A DNA stretch of 64,000 nt from Octopus vulgaris (taxonomy: Eukaryota): positions 7,068,001-7,132,000 of the forward strand of contig OX597829.1 of NCBI GenBank assembly GCA_951406725.2, read 5' to 3'. The notes under the pieces are model-generated. The model was not told the DNA's origin. It ran no database searches and saw only the letters and a program-made list of their open reading frames with translations. Position numbers and translations under genes: made by a program. Below are positions 27,257 through 40,140 of the stretch, one piece after another; position 1 is the first letter of the stretch, and each line of letters begins with the position of its first letter.

Positions 27257-27470
27257 AAATAGAAAGATGAATAATCTTGTAGCAGATTAATCAAAAGTTT
27301 AACCGATACCTTGGTAGCAAAAATCACAGCAGAAAAACAGCACGGTTGGAGGTACAACCATATGGTGTTGCAACCGTGCGTTGGTGCGGATAATTGAAGT
27401 TAAAATATTATTGGTGAATTGAAGAAATGGAGCTGAACGAAGATTGAACAGAAATCGTTTTATTTCGTTT

Positions 27471-27525
<55 letters not shown>

Positions 27526-27708
27526 CATATATATATATATATGTATATATATGTATGTATGTATGTATATATACATATGTATATATATATATATATATAT
27601 AAATATATATACCAATTAAGGACTGAACACGAAAAGTGGACAGTCACCATGCTAGATATAGACCACGGGTTCTAATTGATGAATATCAATTTTTACCCTA
27701 AATTTAAT

Positions 27709-27764
<56 letters not shown>

Positions 27765-28425
27765 GCATACAATATATATGTAGACTTACATATATGTTTG
27801 TATGTATGTTGATAAATGAAAGAGACATGCACATGCGGACATACATGAGTATAATGAATTGCGTAGTATTCTCTTTGTTGTCGATTGTAATGAAGTTGTG
27901 GCTATGACGTCGTCTGTAATGATAATCGTGTTGTTCATTCGGTGTTGTTTGGGGGTGTTGTAGTGAATGTAGTTGCTAATAGTAATTTAGTTTGGTGGCA
28001 GTGCTACAACTAGTGCTGTTTAGGTTGGCAGTGCTGGTATTGATCGCATTGGCAGTAATGGTGGTGGTGATTTCAAGTGTCGGTGGTGTTGGTAGTAATG
28101 GTTATAGTGTAAAACGGGATGGTAAAAGTAGAAATGGCTCAAAGTGTTGCTGTAGTGTTATAAAGGTGGAGGTGGTGGTATTGATGGTGATGGTGGTATT
28201 GGTGGTGGTGGTGGTAGTGGTGGTGGCTGTGTTGGTGGTAGTGGTGGTTATTACAGTGATATTAGTGGTAGATATGACTGTGGCGGTAATGAAGTTGAGA
28301 AGGCTGTGATTTTGTCGATTTTTCGATGTCAGAAACGAAACTACACTCACACACACACACACATACAAATATATACTTATATGTCAGTATGTATGTGTAT
28401 ATATTTGAATATATGTGTGTGTACG

Positions 28426-28505
<80 letters not shown>

Positions 28506-28555
28506 TGTATACATATATATATGCATGTGTGTTTATATCTATCTATCAATCTATC

Positions 28556-28594
<39 letters not shown>

Positions 28595-28724
28595 TTGCGT
28601 GTGTGTATTTATATATATATTGTATGTGTACATGTATATACATATATATGTATGTATATATTCATGTGCACATATATGCTTGCATACACAGACGCATATG
28701 AGTATATATATATATATATATATG

Positions 28725-28820
<96 letters not shown>

Positions 28821-29174
28821 GGTTTTGCCTGATGGCTGTCACGTTGATGCATCGTTAGAAGAAGCCATTAAATTTCCCGGAAATGGCTAAATGAAAAGAA
28901 TAAATCGCAACTGTCCAGTGTAGCTTTGTCCCAATGTTAGGTTTCTGATTGCGGACAAGTCGTATGGGTGACACTTCTAAGTACTTAAAGAATGGCTAGG
29001 TGTCAAAGTAGACGGATGTGAGGTTAGTGTGATGGGGCAGGGGGGAGTCGATAGAGTTCGTCAGATCACCATCCAGCGGTCGTGTGGTTTGTGGTTTTCC
29101 GATTTTGAGGTTTCACGTTATTAGTCGCTTATTGTTCATATTAATATTATCCCTTTTCGCTTCTTCCTTCAATT

Positions 29175-29460
<286 letters not shown>

Positions 29461-30029
29461 TATTACTACTACTGTTTTTCCTTCTGATAGTTTTTGTTGT
29501 AGCAACAAAATATTGTTTTAGTTATTTGTTGTTTTTTTTTTACATTTGTTGTTGTTGATGTTGTTGTTGTCGTTGATGTTACTATTTAGTTGCTGTAATT
29601 CGGTAATTTCGATTCTCTTGATGTTGTTTTCGGTTTTGGTGTCGCGTATTGCATTGCCGCTTTATTTTGTTGTAAAGTTTCTGTTGGTGAACCTACTCTT
29701 AAATCAGTAATGGCATCAGCGGCCACGACAACTACAACAATAACAAACAGATAAAAGAAACAATAATCAAGTAAACGAACAATGAGACAACCATGACCAC
29801 CTACAACGAACCGATGGAAACAACACAAGCACGATAATAAACTACGAAACAAAAACTAGAGAAACAACAACAACAACAACAGTGTCAATAAAACCACAGA
29901 AAGTAACAGCTGGAGGAGTGGTGCCATAAACAACAGTGCCACTGGCGGCACTGGCAACAAATGCATCAGCAATGTGATACCAATACCATGTATACATCAA
30001 CAGGAACATTACTACTATTGCTACTACTG

Positions 30030-30111
30030 TTGATGATGATGATGATGATGATGATGGTGATGATGATGTTGATGATGGTGGTGACGATGATGGTGATGGT
30101 GATGGTGATGA

Positions 30112-30142
<31 letters not shown>

Positions 30143-30252
30143 GGTGGTGACGATGATGATGGTGGTGATGGTGATGGTGAGGGTGAGGGTGATGGTGATG
30201 GTGGTGATGATGATGATGATGATGATGGTGAGGGTCATGGTGAGGGTGATGA

Positions 30253-30283
<31 letters not shown>

Positions 30284-30415
30284 GGTGGTGACGATGATGA
30301 TGGTGGTGATGGTGATGGTGAGGGTGATGGTAATGGTGATGGTGATGATGATGATGATGATGATGATGATGGTGGTGGTGATGGTGAGGATAATGATAAT
30401 GGCCATGATGATCAT
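30030..30415. repeat. (GAT/GGT)n tract with a ~141-bp higher-order duplication
   Basis: GGCGATGATGGTGGTGACGATG...GAGGGTGA starts at both 30134 and 30275. Confidence 0.9.
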
Positions 30416-30503
30416 CATGACAACAACACTGGTGTCATGACGAAAAGTAATAGTAAATAGTAACAATAGAATAATGATAATAATAATAATGATAATAATA
30501 ATA

Positions 30504-30553
<50 letters not shown>

Positions 30554-30659
30554 ATATATATACATATATACACACACACACATATATATGCATCTATATA
30601 TATATATGTATATATATATATATACACACATACATACACACATACACACACACACACAG

Positions 30660-30724
<65 letters not shown>

Positions 30725-30962
30725 CAACAGTGATAATAACATTAAACAGCAACAAGAGTGAGAAGAACATTAAGCATTACCAACAAAAGCTAATAATATG
30801 GGCAATTAATTTGTAGCTTCCGCTTCTACTATTCTTTACTGTTACAGAAAATATCACTAAGTGGAATGGAAAGGAGGAAAGATTTAAAATGTTTGGTAAA
30901 AAGGTTATCGAAGGGGGAACAATGGCGAAAAAAGAAAACCGCTTCAGGATACATACGTACCT

Positions 30963-31021
<59 letters not shown>

Positions 31022-31110
31022 ATACTGTAATTTCAATTTTTCCCGTTTTATCTATCTCTCACTCTCTGTATGTATATATGTATATATATATATATATATG
31101 TGTATGTATG

Positions 31111-31161
<51 letters not shown>

Positions 31162-31218
31162 TAAATGTTTATATATATATAAATGTTTATATATATATAT
31201 ATATAAACAGTTATATAT

Positions 31219-31285
<67 letters not shown>

Positions 31286-31827
31286 CATTTATATATGTAT
31301 TTATGTATGTATCGATGTATGTATGCTTTTATTTTTTAATTAGGATTATAAATAGAATTCTTCAATATTTTAAATTTTTGTGCCATAAATTCAACAAAAA
31401 TGACAAGTAGCTATAGGCTTTTTTAAAATGACGTTTGTTTTTGATTAATTAAAGCATTAACGTATGTGTGCGTGCATTGACACACACACACACACAAAAA
31501 CAGGCAAAACACACAGAGATAAACACACATATCTACATCCATTTTGTTCTATATATATAATAATATATAGATATATTTTTGTATGTATATATATATATAT
31601 AAATGTATACGCACATATACACAGAGAAATCCCGACAGATGGATATACACAAAGTTATATACATGCGGTTGTCCGTAAGAATTTATGCCTCATATCTTTC
31701 TAATTTACGCATACACATATGTTATTATGTAATATCTGTGTACGGGTGAATATATAATAGTGCACATACACACACACCCATATATATATATATATACATA
31801 TATACATATATATCTATACATATATGC

Positions 31828-31865
<38 letters not shown>

Positions 31866-31880
31866 GTATGCAGATATATA

Positions 31881-31926
<46 letters not shown>

Positions 31927-32255
31927 TTCATATGTATGCATGTGTGTAAGAATATGCCGTATTCGCGCGCGCGTGCGACATATTATATGTAAATGTGATT
32001 GCGTTTATACATGTAATAAGTTAAATTTTTTCACGAAAAGAAAAATCCCATTCCCATTCTTCGATATTTACTTGTGTAAATATATATATGTGTATATCTA
32101 TGTATGTATGTATGTATCTAGATACACACACATGCGTATATTTTTTATATATGAGCGGAAACGCGAAACTCAGAGTAACAGGTTTTGTTGAATTTTCTGC
32201 TGCTTTAAATAAAGTATATATATATATATATATATATCTATACATATACTTATAC

Positions 32256-32293
<38 letters not shown>

Positions 32294-32366
32294 ATAGATA
32301 TTAATATATCTAATTAGCTAGAATCTATCTGAGTTTGCGCATGTGTACATATGTATATATATATAT

Positions 32367-32597
32367 ATATTAGAAGAAATGAAGTAATCAGAAGATCGGA
32401 TGGTTTCATATTTACAGATATTTATTTATATATTACATTTTTTACATATATATCCCACTAGAATGGGAGAAAGCACTAATGATCTGAATGATATGATCTG
32501 AATGATATGATATATATATGTAAAAAATGTAATATATAAATAAATATCTGTAAATATGAACCATCCGATCTTCTGAGTACCTCATTTCTTCTAATAT
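32367..32597. repeat. ~85-bp inverted repeat with ~60-bp spacer (PLE-type inverted terminus or MITE)
   Basis: ATATTAGAAGAAATGAAGTAATCAGAAGATCGGATGG... vs ...CCATCCGATCTTCTGAGTACCTCATTTCTTCTAATAT, flanked by (TA)n. Confidence 0.88.
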
Positions 32598-32770
32598 ATA
32601 ATACCTGTACATCATCTCCAAACCTTCCAATATATATATATATATATATATTCATGATATTAAGCAAAAGACGAATTAATAAGTCCTACTATTACTTATG
32701 TAGTTAAGCATCTCTTTATGGGCCTACATTATATATGAACGGGCTTATGCTTATTCGAACGTCGAAGCAG

Positions 32771-32813
<43 letters not shown>

Positions 32814-32917
32814 GGGACAGACAGACGGAGAAAGAGGAGGAGGTGAAAGGTAGAGAAATAAATACTTAGATATAGTCAAACACGAACATATAAACTTAGA
32901 TTGAGCGTGTGTGTATG

Positions 32918-32961
<44 letters not shown>

Positions 32962-33031
32962 CATACATACATACATACATGCATGCATACATACATACAT
33001 ACATACATACATACATACATGCATACATACA

Positions 33032-33065
<34 letters not shown>

Positions 33066-33479
33066 CATACATACATACATGCACATATATACATGCATAC
33101 GTACATAAGTACGAACGTACTGTAATACCACTATATTTGATCATATTCCAATTACTGCCGCGTCTCAGCCATCCAAACACAACAGAGATTTCATGATTAT
33201 TTGTTTTGTTATTTTATTTTTGTATTTTATAATGACTTTCCAAAGTGGTGTAAGCGTGTGTTGTTGAAGATTTGATAATGGCAAGGTTCATTCGTAAGAT
33301 GCAATTTCTCTTATTCAGCAGCGGAAACAGGAGGGTCAGTTCCGTTGATCTCCACCTTAAACAGCTGCAGGTCACGTTGTGCGGTAAACAGATGGTGGCT
33401 CTAAGGAGATGGAACTGGGGGTATGGAAAAGAAATGAAGAACTGTAGTGTTGAGTTCCATCTTCACTCGTGTCAATAAG

Positions 33480-33800
33480 CTTTGAACAACAGCTCCTCCG
33501 CAGCCACTCATACTTTATATGGCATGCGTCTGATTGAGGTGAGACAAAAAATAATTTCTGCCGATCGGAAGACTATGCGTTCATCTAACAATTATGAAAT
33601 ATGTTTATTTGTTGCCGAAGACCAAGTAGAAAGCTTCTGGCCACCCGCTTTTGCGCTTTGGTTTCTATTCCTCATAGAATATACTTTATGGTACTAATCT
33701 TTTGGAAGAATACAAAAATGTCACTATTCGCACATTCCACTTTAAAATACATTGTAACTGTGTGGTGTTTCTTGTCGAAAGAAAGCAAATGAGACACGAG
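33480..33800 (+). mobile_element. Very degenerate mariner-like transposase fragment
   Basis: RKLLATRFCALVSIPHR resembles the K..RWVPH.L linker, followed by an IVT..W-like segment. Confidence 0.3.
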
Positions 33801-36019
33801 CTTTCAGAATGATGGAGGTGATATTGCACAAGAAATATATGGACAGTTTTCTCGGTAAACTCACTATTTTGAGCGCCATTTCGTCCGTTTAAATTCCACC
33901 AGGGTCGATTTGCATTTCATCTTACCGGATAAGTACCACAAGGATGCGCGGGGATTCGTGTCTCACGGGTAACCTTCAACTTTTTCAAAGAAGGGGTTTG
34001 CCTACCCAATTATTTTGATGCATTTGTTTCTATTTCTGCTTCGAGATACAACACTCAGGTATCCACACATACACATACACAAATACACATGCATATATGT
34101 ATACAAATGCGTATAAATATATAGGTATATAAGTATACTTATGCATATATATCTATGTAGGTATATATATATAAAAAGAAAATTTTCGTAATGAGATAAA
34201 AAAAAACCAAGGCTGTGTTGATTTTAGAACATGTATAAATAGAAGGTCTTACAGCTATTTCTAGGATATTTATTATATCCCTTCATCATTTGTTGTTCGC
34301 AACAGCGTCAAAGCAAGGGAAGCAGAGAAGGGACTTCATTCGATTCAGTGCACTCAACAAGGATAGATGACGAAATGAGAGGAACAAGTTGTTGAGAGTA
34401 AAATAAGATGGAGTGAAATATGTTTGCGTCTAAGTTTTCTGGTTCGTTTATTTTACGATTTCTTACAAACCCATTAAGATGGAACGTATAAGAAAATGAT
34501 AACTGCACATGCGCTAAAGTAGGAACACTGAGAACTGACGGATAGTTTTTTATGGTGCGAAAGAAAGTATTAAGCCTAGTCGAGTTAATGGTTCCTCATG
34601 GCCGCTGCTCGGGCTAACGATTGACCGTTATGAAAACCTCGAGGAATGTGAAGACGCAAGCTGGAAAGCAGAGCATTTCTAATCGAAGTCGGTTGTAGAA
34701 GATTTGTTGGACAGAGTATAAGGCGGCTGTTGTTATCGCCAGGCTTAACTCGTCGTAACGCAAATACCACCATGATGAATATCCAGACTACAGTGTAGAA
34801 GATAAGCCACTGGATTTGGTTAAAAAGAGACGATGAGCAATGGCTAGAAGAATATTGAGCGAAACCTAATAAGCAATTGATTTAACTGATACGGCCTCAT
34901 TTCAGTGAGGGGTGCCGGTATCCAATGATGCCGTAGAGAGGAAGGTCTCGAAAGGGCGCACATTGTCTCCTAATGATCCATAAACCTGCTAGCATCCGGT
35001 ATGCGGAACTTTCAAATGGTAACATTTGCAACAGCAAGTTGTTTGCAAAAGATCTAAGTTTATAAAGCCAGTTAAAATCAAATGTAGTTTTAAAAACTTC
35101 ACTGCTCATTTTCTCGATAAACTCACTTATCAGATTATTCTAAGAATTCGCCTCCAGCTTCGTTAACTGTTTCAGTGCGGGATGGGATTCGTTGAAAGGC
35201 CTGCTCGAAATATCCCTTATTCATGTTGAAAAAGCGACGTTCAGTAAAGCTTTGGTGGCGTGAATATCTTGATGAGTCACTCTTTCAACAATAGTCCAAA
35301 GGTAAAAGTCCAAAACGAGTTGGGATGCTTCAATTTTAGCGTTACTTGATCGTAAAGATTGTCTGACATCCATTCTTATGTTTTTTACGCTTTGTCAAAG
35401 TGTACCGAGATTTTTTAAACAAGTATGGCTTTCTACTGCATATTTTGTTTCTCCTGTGCTTAAGAAACTCCAACATATCCAGCAGCATCAACGCACCTTG
35501 AAAAGCCATGAGGCGGCATAACACGCTCTTCATTAATCACCATTGCTAAAACTATCGGTGTTGTTGGAAACTTATTTCTTGTGTGAGTATTTTATCTGGC
35601 AGAGGAGTATGAAAGAATAAGAAAACTTATTTGTTTAAAGAAAGTAATGTACTTAAAAGCAAGTATCCCCAAATGCCCCCTCAAAACCTGTTGAAATAAC
35701 CTCTCTAATTTATTTCAATTATATCCATTGAGGATTGGACAAATGAATGGAATGATGTGTAGATGAACGTAAAGTTTTGAGACATTTTCGAAAAGACACT
35801 TTATAATTGTTCCAGATTGTAGTAATTATAGTACAGCATTACCAAACAAGCTCTTCTTGTTCCAGATTGAAGGATACGGCTGTAACAGCACTTTGAACAC
35901 ACCATGCTAAAAACTACTTGATACAGCCTACTAGTTTGAACAATGTAGTCGAAACGCGAATTTGTACCAGGAATATATACCGGTCCAGAATTCCATCCAC
36001 GTAAACAACTACTTGATAA

Positions 36020-36345
36020 CAATAGGCATCAAAACTATCCCTCAATCACTGTATAGTCCGAACTTCAGTTCCTGTGTCTTCTGATTGTTTTACAAGCTGA
36101 AGGAGTACATCAGGATCAGTCGTTTTGAAGACATTGTGAAGATGAAGGAGGCTGTGACAAGGATCATGAACATCTTCCCTTTGGAGGACTAATACGGAGC
36201 TTTAATGAATTGTTTGGAGCGCTACAATAATTGCTTTGACGCCCGAAGATTCTACTCTGAAGGAAAAACGACTTTTGTGCTTCTATGAAATTCATAAATG
36301 TCTCTCCTAACACAGTCTCAAAACTTCTGGAATTCACCTTCTGAA
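36020..36345 (+). mobile_element. Mariner transposase C-terminal remnant
   Basis: IKTIPQSLYSPNFSSCVF*LFYKLKEYIRISRFEDIVKMKEAVT matches the YSPDLAPxDFxLF..LK motif. Confidence 0.75.
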
Positions 36346-36360
36346 CCCACTTTATGCATG

Positions 36361-36710
<350 letters not shown>

Positions 36711-37363
36711 AAAAAAATGTAGTTTATCAGTATTCATCTTTCGATATCTCATTTTCATCCAATGGAAATATGTCTCTTTATATAAATTTCACAATTAAAA
36801 ACAGACATTTACATGACTCGAACATCCCATTCACTTTTTGCAATTAATAATGACAAGAACTGTCTGATAAATTAATGAAGGATAATATAACAAATGAATA
36901 ACAAAGGATTCGCCGAAACCATCTTGTTTGAAAATTGTTGCAAATTGTCTTTGCAGAAATCTGTAAAAAGGAATGATAGTTTAGATAATGTAGTTCTTAA
37001 TGCATTAAAAATGGGGAAAGCAGTGAGATTTACACAAATAAATTGCTTTTGATTATAGGGTTGCATGTTCAGAGTTGACATAACAAAAGAAAAACAACAA
37101 CAAAGCTCTAACGTTTCATGTGAAAGCGTTTAATTCTCAGAAAGATCAGTTCACTTTGTTGTAGATTTGTCTGTGTATTGGTTTAGCTTTCCATTTCAAA
37201 CAGTAAAACACTTGCATACTAAAATAGATTGCCTCACTGAGTTCGGATATTTGCAACATGAATCGTTTAAAGAGGAATTAACCCAGACTAGATTCCTTAG
37301 CAACACATTATACCAAACAACCCAATGGCTAATAATTTTCTTCCTTTCTTTCCCTATCTTTCC

Positions 37364-37397
<34 letters not shown>

Positions 37398-38186
37398 ATT
37401 TATTTATCTATCTATCTATCGATCTATCTATCTATTTATTTATCTATCTGTCTGTCTATCTATCTTATATATATAAATATATATATATAGGTATCGCTCT
37501 GTTTATCTATCTATCTGTCTACCTATATATCTATCTATCTTGCACGCATACTCTTCATCTATTTACCTCCCTATTTATCTCGTAAACAATACTCTAGAGA
37601 ATTATTTACAAATAAATAACGCCATGCCCGTAGAAATATAGGACAGTACATTCTGCTTGTGTTTTTAACTGTTGAAATCGAAGTAGAAATGTTAAAAATA
37701 ATAGCATGCAAATACTAGATTTTAAAAGTCATAAAAAGTCGAAGGCTTTCCTTTCGGACACGAAGTCACATCTTTTGTACAAATGACAAACGTTCTACCA
37801 TTGAACCAAAGCAACTCTTTAAAAGTGTCTCTCTTTTTTAGGACTGTATACTTATCAGCGAGCATCGTACGTTTATACACTTTTATGACGACTATATTAT
37901 ATATTAATGATGAGTATCAAGAAATTTAAATTTTATCTTCGCACTCTTTAGTTAAATTTTCTTCTTTACATAATTCATTGTACACTGAAATTCATAGAAG
38001 CAATATATTTTTGTCAGAAAATTAACAACAGGCAAATGTTACGATTATGCTTTTAAGAAATTCCTTACAACACCATGTTTGCTTCCACAGTTTGGAGGCA
38101 ATTTGTATACGGAAAATACATGACGGGAAATATTACAGAAAACCGCGGTGCGTATGTGTGCGGGATGACACACCCATGTATATATA

Positions 38187-38222
<36 letters not shown>

Positions 38223-38893
38223 TGTATGTGTGTGTGTGTGTGTGTGTTATATATGTTATATATGTATGTATGTATATATGTATGGATGGATGGATGCATG
38301 CATGCATGCATGTATGTGTGTATGTATGTATGTATGTATGTATGCATGTATGAATGTATGTTAATATGTATGTATTGTCTCTTGTAGTTTTAATTATCCG
38401 AAATATTTTCTCTGACGAAGGAGCTGGTTTCCTGACAAAATATAAAGCTCCGGATGGAATGCAGATAACAAAAATAATGTCCGACTTTAAACTTGAGATA
38501 GCCTCATATATTTTTGGTGTTCCACTTACAGATTGTATTTGCAATATTCGCATTAATTGGTTGACTTCCTTTTCTGAAAATCCTTGCTTATCCCGATTCG
38601 CACTTAGGTATTCATTCACAAAATCAAATGCAACAATCATTATTTTTGATATAGAAACTGGAGGTTTCGAAGCAGTTCTCCATACTTATCCTCTTTCCCT
38701 TTGATTCTCAAAGATATTCACAGCAACAGGACGGCTAACCTCTATAACGCTACATATCTTTCATGTCTGCCCCAAACAACACCGTTCGATCTGTTATGTT
38801 TACATTTCCCAGATGTTTTGATGAGAATGGTCCACCAGTATCCCTTGTCTTGATGCTTGTGTATGTATTCAATAACAGTGGAATCTCTATATA

Positions 38894-40140
38894 TCCGGTC
38901 ATCCCATAAGTTCTGTTTGAATTTTGAATAAAGAAAACAAGTGATCTAATGTTATATTTAATTGAAATTTAATCATCAATGTACTTTGCCTGATTATCTA
39001 TGACTTCCTTCCATCTATTTACAAACTTTTTAATCTCATCAATGTAAACCTTTTTTGGTTTCTAAGCGAAGAACTCTGAAATGTCAGTTTCAACCTACTC
39101 GTGGCTTGCGAAAGTTATGTCCCCCAAATGATTCTGTAAACTACAAAACAAATGGTAGTCTGAAGGAGCAAGTTCGGGTGAATAAGGTGGATCAGGAATT
39201 TTTTCCCAACCAAGCTCTTCGATCTTCTGTGATGTGTTCTTTGCACTGTGGGGTCACACATTGTCCTTATGAAACATCATTCCTTTTCGATTCACTAAAG
39301 CAGCTCTTTTTTTTTTCAAAGCTTGTGACAGTAGACATGAGCATTGATTGCTGCATTAGGTGATAACAATTCAAAGTGAGTTATTTCTTTGCAATCCCAC
39401 CAGATAGAGAGAACCATTTCCTATGAAGTTACTTTATCGGTTGTGGTTGAGTTTTTCCCTTTTACCAAGCCACTGTTTACGACATTTAACATTTCGATAG
39501 AAGATCCATTTTCCGTCACCAGTCAGCAAAAAGGGTGAAATGAGTTAGCGAGAATGGAGAGAAGAGTAGATTTCAACTCGGGATTTGCGGTTGCTTTCGG
39601 ACAATTCATGAGCCACCCATTTTCCAAGTTTAGAGACCTTTCCAAGTTGTTGAAGATGACGATGAACAGTTGTATGATATGAACTAAGCTTTATAGACAA
39701 TTCTTCAACTGATAATGCAGGATTTTCTTCAAGTAATGCCTCAAGGAGCTTATCATCAAACTCAACTGGACGTGCTGTTCGATCTTCATCCTCAAGGCTG
39801 AAATCTCCACTTCTGAATTTTGCAAACCATCTTCTGCAGGTTCTTTCATTCAGGTATCTTTCCCATAAACTGAGTGTATGTTTCGAGTCACTTCGGCTGC
39901 AGAGTTTCCGTTTTTGTACTCATAAAGCATTATGTGCCTTAAATGCTCTTTGGGTACTTTCATGTTAGAAAGGGTAACAATTTTAATTCTATTATTCTGT
40001 AAAAATAGTATTATTTAGTTTAAATGTACACAAATGCATAAAAATAATTTTTGATACCATTAGACATTCTAAAATACTAGTAAATTTCATTCAATTATAA
40101 AAAAAGGTAAACATTAGACAGAACTTATGTGATGACCTGG
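38894..40140 (-). mobile_element. Mariner (Tc1/mariner) transposon, ~1.25 kb, with TIRs and TA TSD
   Basis: TA|TCCGGTCATCCCATAAGTTCTGT ... ACAGAACTTATGTGATGACCTGG|TA (20/23 TIR match). Confidence 0.92.
38969..39963 (-). pseudogene. Mariner transposase, disrupted
   Basis: MKVPKEHLRHIMLYEY..ERTCRRWFAKFRSGDFSLEDEDR..RP..LGKWVAHEL ... RWKEVIDNQAKYIDD*, with frameshifts. Confidence 0.88.

Noticed and set aside
29961-30440. Met/Val-rich 159-aa ORF that could suggest a reflectin-like or metal-binding protein
   Set aside because: It is a pure (GAT/GGT)n tract and lacks the reflectin M/F-D-X5 motifs and Tyr/Arg content.
34560-35960. GC-richer non-repetitive block, possible exon or transposon
   Set aside because: Only short ORFs and no motif I can identify. 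It needs BLASTX.
37105-37145. Minus-strand CTGAGAA...GAAACGTT hammerhead-like string
   Set aside because: The core is mutated and stem II cannot pair.
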